A DNA stretch of 61,739 nt, the filler included, from Chiloscyllium plagiosum (lineage: Eukaryota), in assembly GCF_004010195.1 (NCBI RefSeq). It is 3 parts of one record of this genome, joined end to end, with 100 filler letters (N's around TTAATTAATTAA, not from the genome) between each part and the next. Parts side by side here need not be neighbours in the genome. Positions count along the whole stretch, not along the records: positions 32,004 to 56,340 come from NC_057714.1; positions 56,441 to 61,739 come from NC_057714.1; 1 more part is not named here. One strand, 5' to 3'. Positions 47,832 through 58,782 of this stretch are shown here, piece by piece. A program made the position numbers and the translations under genes. The notes under the pieces were generated by a model. That model was not told the DNA's origin. It searched no databases and was given only the letters and a program-made list of their open reading frames with translations. The stretch's first letter is position 1. The number at the start of each line of letters is the position of its first letter.

Positions 47832-50800
47832 GGAAGATCCAAGATGGCTGTGACCTAGCAAGTCTGAGTCTGTAGTGATCTGCCCAAGACTCAGGCAAAG
47901 TGGGCTACGTGCCTCCACCACACCTGCCAAACCATTCAAAATAACTTTTATTCAATACAGTTAATCATTTTGCACCAAACTTGATTTGGCAGCAGGCATG
48001 AACTCCCATCCCCAGCACCCACACCCCCGCCCTCCCCCCAGGTGGAGGAGAGACGTTCGCAGCCGTCCTGGGGGACTTTCCCACGGTGGCGAGCCTTGTT
48101 AACAGTAATTACCAAGCTGGAAGAGAAGATCGATGTCTTCATAGAGGACTCCAGAAGCAGGTAGGAGTTGCTCTTGGTCGCAAAAGCACGACTGAGATAT
48201 TGAAAAATTTGAACATCGAGTTGGAGGGGTGGAGCTAAAGGCCGCGACCTCCGAGGCTGCTCCAGAATCAGCCGTGGGCTGGTCCGGACTCTCAAACAGC
48301 GAATCCAGGCCTTAGAAGATCACATCAATTACCTCGAGAATCGGGGTCGTTGAAAAAATATTCGTTTGCTGGGCCTTCCCGAATGAGAAGAGGAAGGCCA
48401 GCTTGCAGTACTCCCTCAGATGTTGAAGCTGGAATCTGGGTCAGGCCAGGTGCGAGTAGAATGGGCCCACTGGGTTGCTATACGCAGGCCCGGGTCAGAC
48501 CAGCGCCCCTGCCCTGTCCTGTTCCGGCTTCAGTGTTACAGAGAGAAGCAAGCCTCCAGAACCCTCGGGAAAGATCCCCAGGCCATGACATATGAAGGAT
48601 CTGAGATTATGCTGTTCCAGGATTTTTCCCCAGCTTTGGTCTGCAAGAGGAGGGCGTTTGATGAAACGAAGAAGCGTCTAACGGAATTAAACATTCAGTA
48701 CTCCTTGTGCTACCCAGCGATGCTGCGTTTTAACCACAAAAGATCCGTCTATAACTTTGGATTGCCGGAGAAGGCCAAGGAAGTTTTGGACTCTCTTAAA
48801 TAGATTGTAAGAATTAATCCGTGTGGTTAATGATGCTGTTCTGCTCTCCCCCTTCCCCCGGTTTACCCTTCTTTTTTCCCCTTATTTCCTTTATTGTTTA
48901 ATATCATCTCCGGGGGTGGGGAGGGGGGGCTTATTTGTTCTCCACTATGCGATTTCCTTGTTTTTATAGGCCATGTGGTTTAGTTGATTCAGGTGAGGGG
49001 GTGCATTTGCTTTGCCCTACCTTATTTCTTTCGTTCAGAGCGGGGTTTTTTCCCCCTTTTTTTTATATTTTTTTTTATTTAGAAATAGTTTTTTACTATA
49101 TTGGCGTGAGTGTATTAAAGAATCTCTATTTTTGTGAATTTTCTATGGTCTATGTTCGGGGTGTTTTGGATGGGGTTCTTCCTCCCAGGGGATCTCAGAC
49201 TTGCCTGGGCGATTATGGTTAGTCATTCGATTAAATGGTTCACCTGGAATGTCAAGGGGAGTAATTCGCCAATCAAAAGGAAGAAAATACTATCAAACCT
49301 TAAAAAAGAAAGGGTTGATATAGCTCTCCTACAGGAGACACATTTATTGGATAAAGAGCACTTGAAATTACAACAGGGTGGATTTGATCAGACCTTCTTT
49401 TCATCCTTCAGTTCAAAAAGTAGGGGAGTAGTCATTCTCATTCGGAAGAATCTCCCTTTCAAAATCTTAAATCAGATAAAAGATGAATCTGGATGGTACA
49501 TACTGATTAAAGCCCTTATAAAAGGAGAGGAATTGTATAAATCGCAGGATTGTGAAGATAGAGCCAGGAAGATGGAGTCCTTTTTTAAAAGCCTGGCCTT
49601 TCCGGACTTAACCCCGGGACAGGTGTCGGTCCTGAATGCTCCCCTAACAACCCAGGAAGTACTTGACACAATCAGGCAGCTTCAGAGTGGTAAAGCACCT
49701 GGTCCAGATGGATTCCAGGCTGAATTCTACAAGGAGTTTACAGGAGTATGAGCTGGTCCACTTATGGACATGTACAACTACTCATATAGTCAGGGCTACC
49801 TCCCGCCTTCATTGAGAGAAGCGAATATTTCTCTAATTCTCAAAAAAGGAAAGGACCCAGAAGATTGTGCATTATACAGACCAATATCTTTGCTAAATGT
49901 AGATTTTTAAATTCTTTCTAAAACATTAGCATTGAGGCTGGAGAAGGTATTGCCTTATATCATAAAAGAGGACCAGACAGGGTTTATTAAGGGCTGTAGA
50001 TCATCTAATAATATTAGAAGGGTTTTGAATGTGATTCAAGTCTGTCATCAGGAAAGAATACTGGGAATAGTAGTCTCGTTGGACGCAGAGAAGGCAGGGA
50101 CAGGGTTGAATGGTCATACCTGTTCTATGCACTGGAAAGGTTTGGCGTTGGAAAGGTGTTTGCTAAATGGGTCTTAATATTGTATAATGACCCCAAAGCA
50201 GCCGTGATCACCAGTGGTTTAGGCTCGGATAGCTTCAGTGTGGGTAGGGGCTGCCGTCAGGGATGTCCTCTCTCACCATAACTACTCACGCTAATAATTG
50301 AGCCACTAGCGGAAGCTATGTGGGCTGATTCTAACATAACGGCCCGAGAGTTGGCACGGGTAAACATAAAATTACCCTTTATGCAGATGATGTTCTCCTT
50401 TTTCTTAGTAATCCTTTGATGTCCATGCCTCGCCTGATCCAAGTTATTAATTTATTTAGTGCATTCTCAGGTTACAAACTTAATTTCTCAAAATTGGAGG
50501 CCATGCCTATGGGCGGTCTCGCTAGTATGTCCCACTTATTGGACGGATCGCATTTTCTCTCTCAGTGATCTCTGAAGGGTTTTTTATATTTAGGTATTGT
50601 TATCACCCCAGTATTTGGTCAGCTGTACAAGGTCAATTTTGTGCATCTACTGAAAACGATAAGGCAGGACCTTCAACGTTGAGGGGATCTTCCAATTTCC
50701 TGGCTAGGCAGAATAGCACTAATTAAAATGAATGTCTTACCCCATCTCTTATATCCTATGAGAATGCTCCCGGTGATACTGCCGAGGCTGGCATTGCGCA

Positions 50801-52403
50801 AATTATACAGTTGGCTTGGTTCTTTCATCTGGAATCATAGATGGCCCCTCATTAAGTTATAGAAGCTACAGCTTCCACAAGCAAGGGGAGGGCTGGATTT
50901 TCCAGACTTTAGGAAGTATCAGCTGAGTTCTCTATTAAGCTACATAGCCGATTGGGTCTCGTCTGACCCGCAATCAATCTGGCTGGATATCAAGGCTTCT
51001 CAAGCAAAGTGTCCTCTTATTAACCTCTTATTTTTAGATAAGATGAAAGTCATTATGGACCATTGTAAAAACTTTAGTATTAAACGCAATTAAAGCCTGG
51101 CAGATAATGCGGCAAAACGAGGATAATTCACATAAAACCTCCCCTTATACTCCTATAGTGGAGGCATGGGGTTTTCAACTGGGGCTCACAGACACCACCT
51201 TTAAATCCTGGAGGTCCAAGGGTATCTCCTGTTTAGGGGATCTGTTTGATGAGGGGGTCATGATGTCTTTTTGAACAGCTGCACCAGAAATTTGGAGACC
51301 TCTTTCGATACTTCCAAATTTGAGATTACATATAGAAGAAGACGACGTTATTAGATAGCCTTTATAAATCGGATTGGGAATGAAGACTGTTGTGGCCAAT
51401 GGGTTTACCCTCGGTCAGCAGTCTCTTTCATTTATTACATAAGGAAGTATTGGAAGACATGGAACATTTGCTTTGAAGATGGGATCAGGAATTGGGGTTG
51501 GAAATATCCACAGAAATTTGGGATAACATCTGGGAAAATGCCAGAAAAATCTCCATCTGTAATCGAACCCAAGCCATTCAGTTAAAGATACTCCATAGGA
51601 CTGATTTAGCACTGGAACAATTGGCAAAATGTAGGGCAGGAGCATCTCCAATGTTCCCAAATGTAAAATAGAGGTGGGCATTCTCACACACTGCTTTTGG
51701 ACATGTCATAAGATCTGCAAATACTGGGTCTGAGTAGCAAATGCTTTGACAGAAATCTTGGGAGTGGAAATTAGAGTAGATCCAGTATCTCTTCTTCTGG
51801 GCTTTTCCAGCTTGCCTTCCCTGGATGTGCACAGGAGGAAGTTATTTTCCATTCTCTCCTTTTGTGCAAGGAAAAATATCTTAGTAAACTGGGTAGCTGA
51901 GGGCCATCCAGGACTTTCGAATTGGTATAGGTTGATTATGGAATGTATTCCCCTTGACTTCCTTACAAATATGGTGCACCAAAAAAACTGAATTATTCTA
52001 TAAAATATGGCAGCCCTTCCTGAATGATATAAATACAGATATTTCGGCCATTTTGTCAAGGGCTTTCATCTTGGGGGAGGAATCCCTCATGAATGCGGGT
52101 TTTATTATGACTTGATGTTAATTCGCTCTGAGCATGTACTTTACTATTTACTTACTATGTTATCTTTTTTTTCTCTTGAGTAATGTAAGATATTTTATTA
52201 TACACTCTGGTTAGTTATAGGTTAGATTAGTAGTTAGTTGAGTTTTGTTTGCTCCTGTTTTTTTCTCTATCTCTTCTTTGTCTGTTAGGTTTTGGTTATT
52301 ATTTATTTAATATTTAATTATATATTAATGTTTGTATTTGTGTGTATTATTTTGTAAGTTTGTAAAAATATGTTAAATTTTCAATAAAAGTATCCAAACA
52401 AAA
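47832..52403 (+). mobile_element. L1-clade LINE with both termini, 12-bp TSD, decayed ORF1 (~48000-48803) and ORF2 (49215-~52060) with an internal deletion
   Basis: TSD gatagaactggg at 47820-47831 and 52404-52415. 5' ccaagatggc. ORF1 IMLFQDFSP..LNIQYSLCYPAMLR. EN TWNVKG..LLQETH. RT KAPGPDGF, RQGCPLSP, LYADD (50380). Cys/His motif THCFWTC. AATAAA at 52383 plus an A-rich tail. Confidence 0.95.
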
Positions 52404-52780
52404 GATAGAACTGGGTATTTCAGCTTACATATGGCACCTGATATGCTTTTAGTTAACATTGTCAAGGGGCAATGAGAAATAAATGGAACTTGAAGATTAA
52501 TCCTTATGGAGATACCAGAGAATGTGGTCTGGAAGTAAAAACCATTGCAGGTGATTCTTTGGCTATGACTGGACAGATGCTGACTAGATACTGTCCTGCT
52601 GATGCCTCATAATGTGCTTGATGATAATTACTGATGTTTTTTGTCTTATGTCAGTAAAGGAGTTGTCAAATTTTCAGCCCTCTAATTAACAAGGTGACCA
52701 TTGGGCATTGGCTACTTACAAATTGTATTCTAATGAGGCCCAAAGCTGAAAATCGTCAGGATTCTTACTTAATTTTTTTC

Positions 52781-53011
52781 ATGATAAGAAGGTGTTGGTG
52801 TTGGGTTGGGTTGGACAATGTCAAAAATCACTCAACACCAGGTTAAAGGCTAATGGGCTTGTTTGAAAACACTAGCTTTCGGAGTGCTGCTCCTTCATCA
52901 GGTGCTAGTCTTCCTCTCTCACTAGCACCTGATGAAGGAGCAGTGCTCCAAAAGCTAGTGTTTTCAAATAAACCTGTTGGACTATAACCTGATATACTGT
53001 AATGTTTGACC
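52781..53011. mobile_element. Palindromic PLE family B pLTR insertion
   Basis: Inverted arms meet at an 11-nt spacer (52910-52920). Hammerhead motif on each strand. Confidence 0.85.
52866..52906 (-). ncRNA. Minimal hammerhead ribozyme motif (family B)
   Basis: gcac-CUGAUGA-A-[GGAG CAGCA CUCC]-GAA-AGCU-A-gugu: stem I gcac/gugu, palindromic AGCU stem III, CUA triplet. The + strand copy at 52929 has GAAA mutated to AAAA. Confidence 0.75.
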
Positions 53012-53793
53012 TTTTTTTTTCAAACTGATGTTTTGTGTGAAAATACAAAATCACCTAAATAGGTTTTGGCTGACACGATGAAACATTGCCTCCTTGGGTG
53101 TTTGTAAAGGTTCCTGTGGTATTAATTGAATAAGAAAAGTCCTGACCAACATCACTAAACCTTTCAAGTCATTGATTTCAGTGTTTGTGTGATCTTGCTA
53201 CACACAAATTAGTAGCTGCATTTTCTTATTCACAAAAATTGGCCATTGAGATTTTTTTCATTCTCTGCGAAGATGATGTGTTACACAAATATTAATTTAT
53301 CTTTTCTTGGGGCCATATAATTAGGCAGCAAAATCTTCTTAAGAACATTCAGGATCTTGAAAAGAGTAACCATTCTATCTCCAATTGTGATTTAAGCCCT
53401 TGTTATTGTACTGCATGATAGATTCTTCCAAGGTACAAGTAACGCTAATATTGCCAAAGTTCCTTAAAGTGATAAATTATTTTTAGTTAAAGTTTCTCAG
53501 TGGCTTTTTTCATAGTCATTCTGGGTTTGATCAATACATTTCACCAAGTCATAATGTTGTGTGTTGCAGGTAAAATTATATAAATGTCAGTGATATTCAA
53601 GAAAACGTTTCTGCACACTATAAATTGTACTGCCTGGATCATATTCTTTGAGATAAAGCCCATTTTCTGTACTCCTGTGTGTTGTGAAATCTGGCCCCTG
53701 TGGATTGTAACATTTAAGCACAGATATTGCATTGCTGGTTATATTTGACTTCTTCTATTCATAAGGTAAAATGATCTCAGTATTTTTTAATAG

Positions 53794-53889
53794 ATCACTC
53801 TCAAAACAGTTCAAGTTTTCAGTCAGATTTTATCAAAGGAATTCTGAGAAGACGGTTGCATGCAATTCAAGAGTTGATCTCAGCTGGCT
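53794..53889 (+). CDS. Candidate internal exon, 96 nt, phase 1-1 (HSQNSSSFQSDFIKGILRRRLHAIQELISAG)
   Basis: Acceptor tattttttaatag|, donor |gtaagt, open frame, length a multiple of 3, non-repeat context. Confidence 0.45.
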
Positions 53890-54167
53890 GTAAGTACCTG
53901 GGAACCGTTTATTGAGTTCATGCTACAGAAAAGGTTGATTAAAAAGAAGCCCTGGGAGCCATTCATAGTTCAGGTCAGTGAGACCAATGAGGCCCACAAG
54001 TATTATTTGCTCAATGCAGCTGATATACAATGTTTACTTTGTTTTTACAAAACTGTAGAATCTTATGACTTTATTCTGTTAATAAGTACCTGGGATTTCA
54101 AACTTTGTCTGCTTTCAACAAAAGGTTACTGGTCCCTAACCAGATTGTAACATAAATTTGGTGGTCT

Positions 54168-54503
54168 CATAGAATCCCAACAGTATGAAAGCAGGCCATT
54201 TAGCACACCGGGTCCACACTGAGCCATTGAAGAGCATCCAATCCAGACCCCTATCCCTGTAAACCTGCATTTCCCATGGCTAATTCACCTCGCCTGCACA
54301 GACCCCCAGATGCAATGGGCAATTTAGCATAGTCAGTCCATCTAACCTGCACATCTTGTGAGAGGAAACCAGAGCACCCAGGTAAAACCCATGTAGACAT
54401 AAGGAGAATGTCCAAACTCCACACAGTCACCCAAGGGGGGAAATCAAACCCAGGTCCTTTGCGCTGTAAGGCAGCAATGCTAACCATTGAGCCTCCATGC
54501 TGC
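54168..54503 (-). mobile_element. HE1-type SINE
   Basis: Same head, core and tail layout as 4899-5304. Confidence 0.85.
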
Positions 54504-54644
54504 TCAAGTCTGGGACCATAACAATATAGATGATTAAGTGTGACATTTTATACTGATTCCATAAATTGAATTGAAAATATCCCTCCCCAGTGCATAAGCA
54601 ATGAGGTATGCAAGACCCAAGAAGATATTATTTAGTATATTAAA

Positions 54645-54822
54645 AAAAACTTTATTATATCACCTTTCACAAAATGCTTTATAGCCAATAAATTTTATTG
54701 AAATGTAATCTTTGTTGTAATGTAAAAGGACAGCAACCAAACTATGCACAGCAATCTCCCATCAACAACAATGTAATAATCAGATCATTTATTTGTGGCA
54801 CATTGGTTATGGGACAACTGAG
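54645..54822 (-). mobile_element. Deu-SINE (SacSINE1-like) 3' fragment; another decayed copy at ~53050-53300 (+)
   Basis: Reverse complement reads ...ttgctgtgcatagtttggttgctg...tacattacaacaaagattacatttcaataaaatttattggctataaagc. Confidence 0.55.
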
Positions 54823-55047
54823 ATATACAGTAGAAATACATAGCAATGAAACAGCTATTTTTCTATTAAAACCTTTCAATTATAATGTTTCCATATTTTG
54901 AAGGTCTATGTTTCTTTTCTCAATCTACACTGGAAGTTTTGTTTGCAAACGTGAGGATTTTTAATTCATAGCATCACAGGTGACTTTATCTAACATTTTG
55001 AACATTCCAGGTCAAACGTTTCCTTCTGGCCTTTGTTCAAGAGAATA

Positions 55048-55221
55048 GATAGGAACTGCGATTATCCAAAGTGCACGGGTGGGGAGTATTTCGGTCAGTT
55101 AATCGAATTCCGGTTAATTGAATGCTGGATAACATAGTTTAGCTGAGCATCGGGACCTTGTGATCTTGCCAGATAATCCGATAATCGGATAATTGAATGC
55201 TGGATAGTCAAAGTTCCACTG
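55048..55221. mobile_element. Tigger/pogo-like MITE with TA target duplication
   Basis: Right TIR reverse complement is cagtggaactttgactatcc; left TIR is gataggaactgcgattatcc. TA at 55046-55047 and 55222-55223. Confidence 0.7.
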
Positions 55222-56039
55222 TATTAAAGGCTTCCTTTGGGAAAAGATTGAGGCTTGAAAAAGATTGCCTTTATGAGTACATTGCTTGTGTTTCAAAATG
55301 CCACTTAAATTCCTTACGTTCAAGCAAAACATGAGTATTTTAAGGTATCATCTGACAATTAGTGATCAACATGCTAGCCATATTGTGTCTTACTCCATGG
55401 ATTTATTTTGCATAATGAGGAAGTCTTTACTTTAATTACGATCTAAATTCTTGAGTTTTTGCTTTTCTGCCAGCCAAGTTGGTTTAGCATTGCTAAGTAG
55501 CTCTGAATATTTAATTAAAGTGAGAAAGAATGGCGACAGTGAATTATAAAGATAAAGGTGGTGCTTGATGGTCATCACTAACATGATGATATTGAAATTA
55601 CAATCATGATATAGTTCAAAAATATTGATACAAAATGCGAGTTGAGTTTTGATCTACATTTCTAAAACACTAAAGCTCCAGATAGGAGTGTCTCATGCCA
55701 CTTGCACTTGGCAATGTGTAAAATTTTATGTATGAACAGGAGAAAACATCCAAAAAGAACAGACTAACAGTTTGATAAATCTATCGTGTACAGTTGTGAT
55801 ATCTTATGGTCAAGAAACATCTCCCCTACTAGGTGCCACCTGTTCAAAAAACTAAGCCAATGAGGGCAACACAAATCTGGAAATTCCCTCTGTGATTGAA
55901 ACTACTCCAGGAGACCACATGGTCAGGATTAATTTATACTGATCTCTTCCAATTATAGAGAAACTGGTTCAACTCTCTCCTAAAGGTATGCAGTGCCTCC
56001 TCATCACACATGTATGCGAGTATTCCATTGGCTTGTTAT

Positions 56040-57540
56040 CATAGAGTCATAGAGTCTAGAGATGTACAGCATGGAAACAGACCCTTCAGTCCAACCCATC
56101 CATGCTGACCAGCTATCCCAACCAAATCTAGTCCCATCTGCCAGCACCTGGCCCATGTCCCTCCAAACCCTTCCTATTCATATACCCATCCAAATGCCTT
56201 TTAAATGTTGCAATTGTACCAGCCTCCACACTTCCTCTGGCAGCTCATTCCATACACGTACCACCCTCTGCGTGAAAAGGTTGCCCCTTAGGTCTCTTTT
56301 ATATCTTTCCCCTCCCACCCTAAACCTATGCCCTCTAGTTNNNNNNNNNNNNNNNNNNNNNNNNNNNNNNNNNNNNNNNNNNNNTTAATTAATTAANNNN
56401 NNNNNNNNNNNNNNNNNNNNNNNNNNNNNNNNNNNNNNNNATCCTGTATCCCTCCAATGCTCTGTCTGAACCCTGTTTCCTCAACCTTATGTAAGCCTCC
56501 TTCTTCCTCTTTACAAGACATTCAACCTCCCTCGTCAACCAAGGTTCCCTCACACGACCATTTCTTTGTCAACCAAGGTTCCCTTACACAACCATTTCTT
56601 TCCTGCCTGACAGGTACATACATATCAAGGACACGTCGTATCTGTTCCTTGAAAAAGTTCCACATTTCCACGACATCCTTCAGTGACAGCCTATGCTCCC
56701 AATGTATGCTCCTCAGATCCTGTCTTGCAGCATCGTAATTACCCTTCCCCCAATTGTAAAACCTACTCTGTTGCATGCACCTATCTCTCTCCATAACCAA
56801 GGTGAAAGTCACAGAATTGTGGTCACCATCACCAAAATGTTCACCCACTAACAAGCCCATCAATTGTCCCAGTTCATTACCGAGTACCAAATCCAATATG
56901 GCCTCCCCTCTGGTCGGACAATCTACATACTGAGTTAGAAAAGCTTCCTGGACACACTGCGCAAACACAGTGTGTTACCCCCCTTCTTAAACAGGGGGGT
57001 AACATTAGTGATTTTCCGGTCCTTTGAGACCCTCTCTGACTCCAGTGATACCTGAAAGTTAACTACTAGTGCCTCCACTATCTCTTCAGCTACTTCCCTC
57101 AGAACTTCCTTCCTTCAGCTCATCCAGTCCAGGCAATTTATCCACTTTCAGACCTTCCAGTTTTTCTAGCAACTTCTCCTTGGTGATGGCCAGCGTATTT
57201 ATCTCTGCTCCCCCAACTCTCTTGAATGTTTGGGATATTACTCATGTCTTTCACCGTGAAGACTGACGCAAAGTATTTATTCAGTTCCTCTGCCATTTCT
57301 CTGTTCCCCGTTACTACTTCCCCAGCATCACTTTCCAAAGGCCCAATGTCGACTTTTGCCTCTCTTTGCCCTTTATATATTGAAAGAAACTCTTGCAATC
57401 TTTCCTAATGTTACCAGCCAGCTTACCCTCATATTTAATCTTCTTCCTCCTTATTTCTTTCTTCGCTGACCTATGTTGGTTTTTGTAGGCTTCCCAATCC
57501 TCTGGCTTCTCACTGCCCTTCACCACATTATATGCTTCCA
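56040..57540 (-). mobile_element. CR1 LINE fragments (3' end, spacer, EN region, then a second family)
   Basis: (ctctatga)n-type tail; PTRGEAILDLVL, GDHN; MAEELNKYFASVFT. Confidence 0.9.
56341..56440. other. Artificial gap spacer
   Basis: 44 N + TTAATTAATTAA + 44 N. Confidence 0.97.
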
Positions 57541-58539
57541 TATACTCCTATCACTGATCCAAGGCTGTCAATTTATAAACTAGTTAATTTGATAATAATA
57601 GTTTTGAGAAAAATCTTTGTCAAGATGTTATGTGAGTTCCTTTTTGCCTTTGAGACATTTAGTGTCTACCTGAATAAATAGAATAGGCAAATGGCATTTC
57701 ATTCGTAACTAAGACAAAGTTATGCCCTTTGATTTTAGCTCTTTCCTAGTTTTGGAGCTTTTCTTCTCTTGTCAAAAATTCTATCAACGTTTGCACAATT
57801 TTCAAACTTGTCTCTTTGTAAGCCTGCATTTCCCAGGCTTCTTCTTTCCCGATCTCTATTCCTCAGTCTCCCTTTCTCCTGTTCTCCAGTGTCGTGAAAC
57901 CTTCCATTATCCTATATTCCGCAGTCCATTCCCAATGCCCCGATAACCTCAGAGAAAATCACTTCCTCTTTTTCTAAGTTTCTCCCAGCTCTGTCTCTTC
58001 CCACTGCCAACACTTCCCAGTCTCCTCACTTCCCTTCTCGAGCAGCTGTATTTCCCAGTTACCCCTATCCCTAACTCCACTTTTCACCCACCCTCTTCTC
58101 CTTACCCCATTCCTCAATATTTCTCTCTACTTTAGTCCCTAGTACTATTTGTATTGTTCCTTGTATTGGCTTGTGGACCACCAGGGGGATAAGGGCTGCT
58201 GTAAACCAAGGACTGGGAAAGGAGTTTCTGACTTTTAAAAATGAGTTCTTGCATTTGTTAGAAGCTGTTGCATCTAATCAGTTACTGAAAGATTAATTAG
58301 TAAATATGTTAAATGCCCTGGGTCTGCAGTTAAATAAAAGAAAACTGAAAAAACTTGGAAACAATAAGATGCTAGAGATCAGAAGGATTTGGGAAGCAAA
58401 AGGAAGACCCCACTGAATCCTCTTATACTGTGCTATTGAACTGTTTCCTGCAGCACCTTTTTCTCAATACATAACATCCATGTTTGTTTGGCTGTATTGG
58501 GATTTAAGAAGGAGTCAGAGTTTCAGCTTGTGGTGTTAA

Positions 58540-58782
58540 ATGTTAATTTTATAGAATGTGGGCATCTTTGGTTAGGCCAGCAGTTATTGATCATTCCAAA
58601 TTGCCCAAATGGTCCTGTAGTCACATGTTGATCAAACTGAGTAAGAGTTGGATGGATTTTTACAACATCACCAATAGGCTAACCCTTTTAATTCCAGTGG
58701 CATTCACATTCCCATCTCCACAGCAGTAACCTGAGTTTCTGGATTGCTAATCCAGGGATATGTGCACCATGCCACTGCCTGC
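58540..58782 (-). mobile_element. Decayed tRNA-derived SINE (same family as 24590); another copy at ~42100-42375 (+)
   Basis: Tail atgtgggcatctttggttaggccagcagttattg and head ctggattgctaatccag. Confidence 0.55.

Noticed and set aside
1451..53011. Interpreting hammerhead-bearing repeats as retrozymes or viroid-like circular RNA templates
   Set aside because: No tandem direct repeats with a hammerhead per unit; the motifs are contiguous with PLE GIY-YIG sequence, so they are pLTRs.
56534..56601. 34-bp tandem duplication
   Set aside because: Small slippage duplication inside a dead CR1.
24341..57817. Other possible micro-exons (24341-24412 +, ~28486-28557 -, ~34179-34222 -, ~35613-35637 +, ~36768-36792 -, ~57750-57817 +)
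   Set aside because: Plausible splice dinucleotides but short, unrecognisable peptides; expected by chance in 60 kb.
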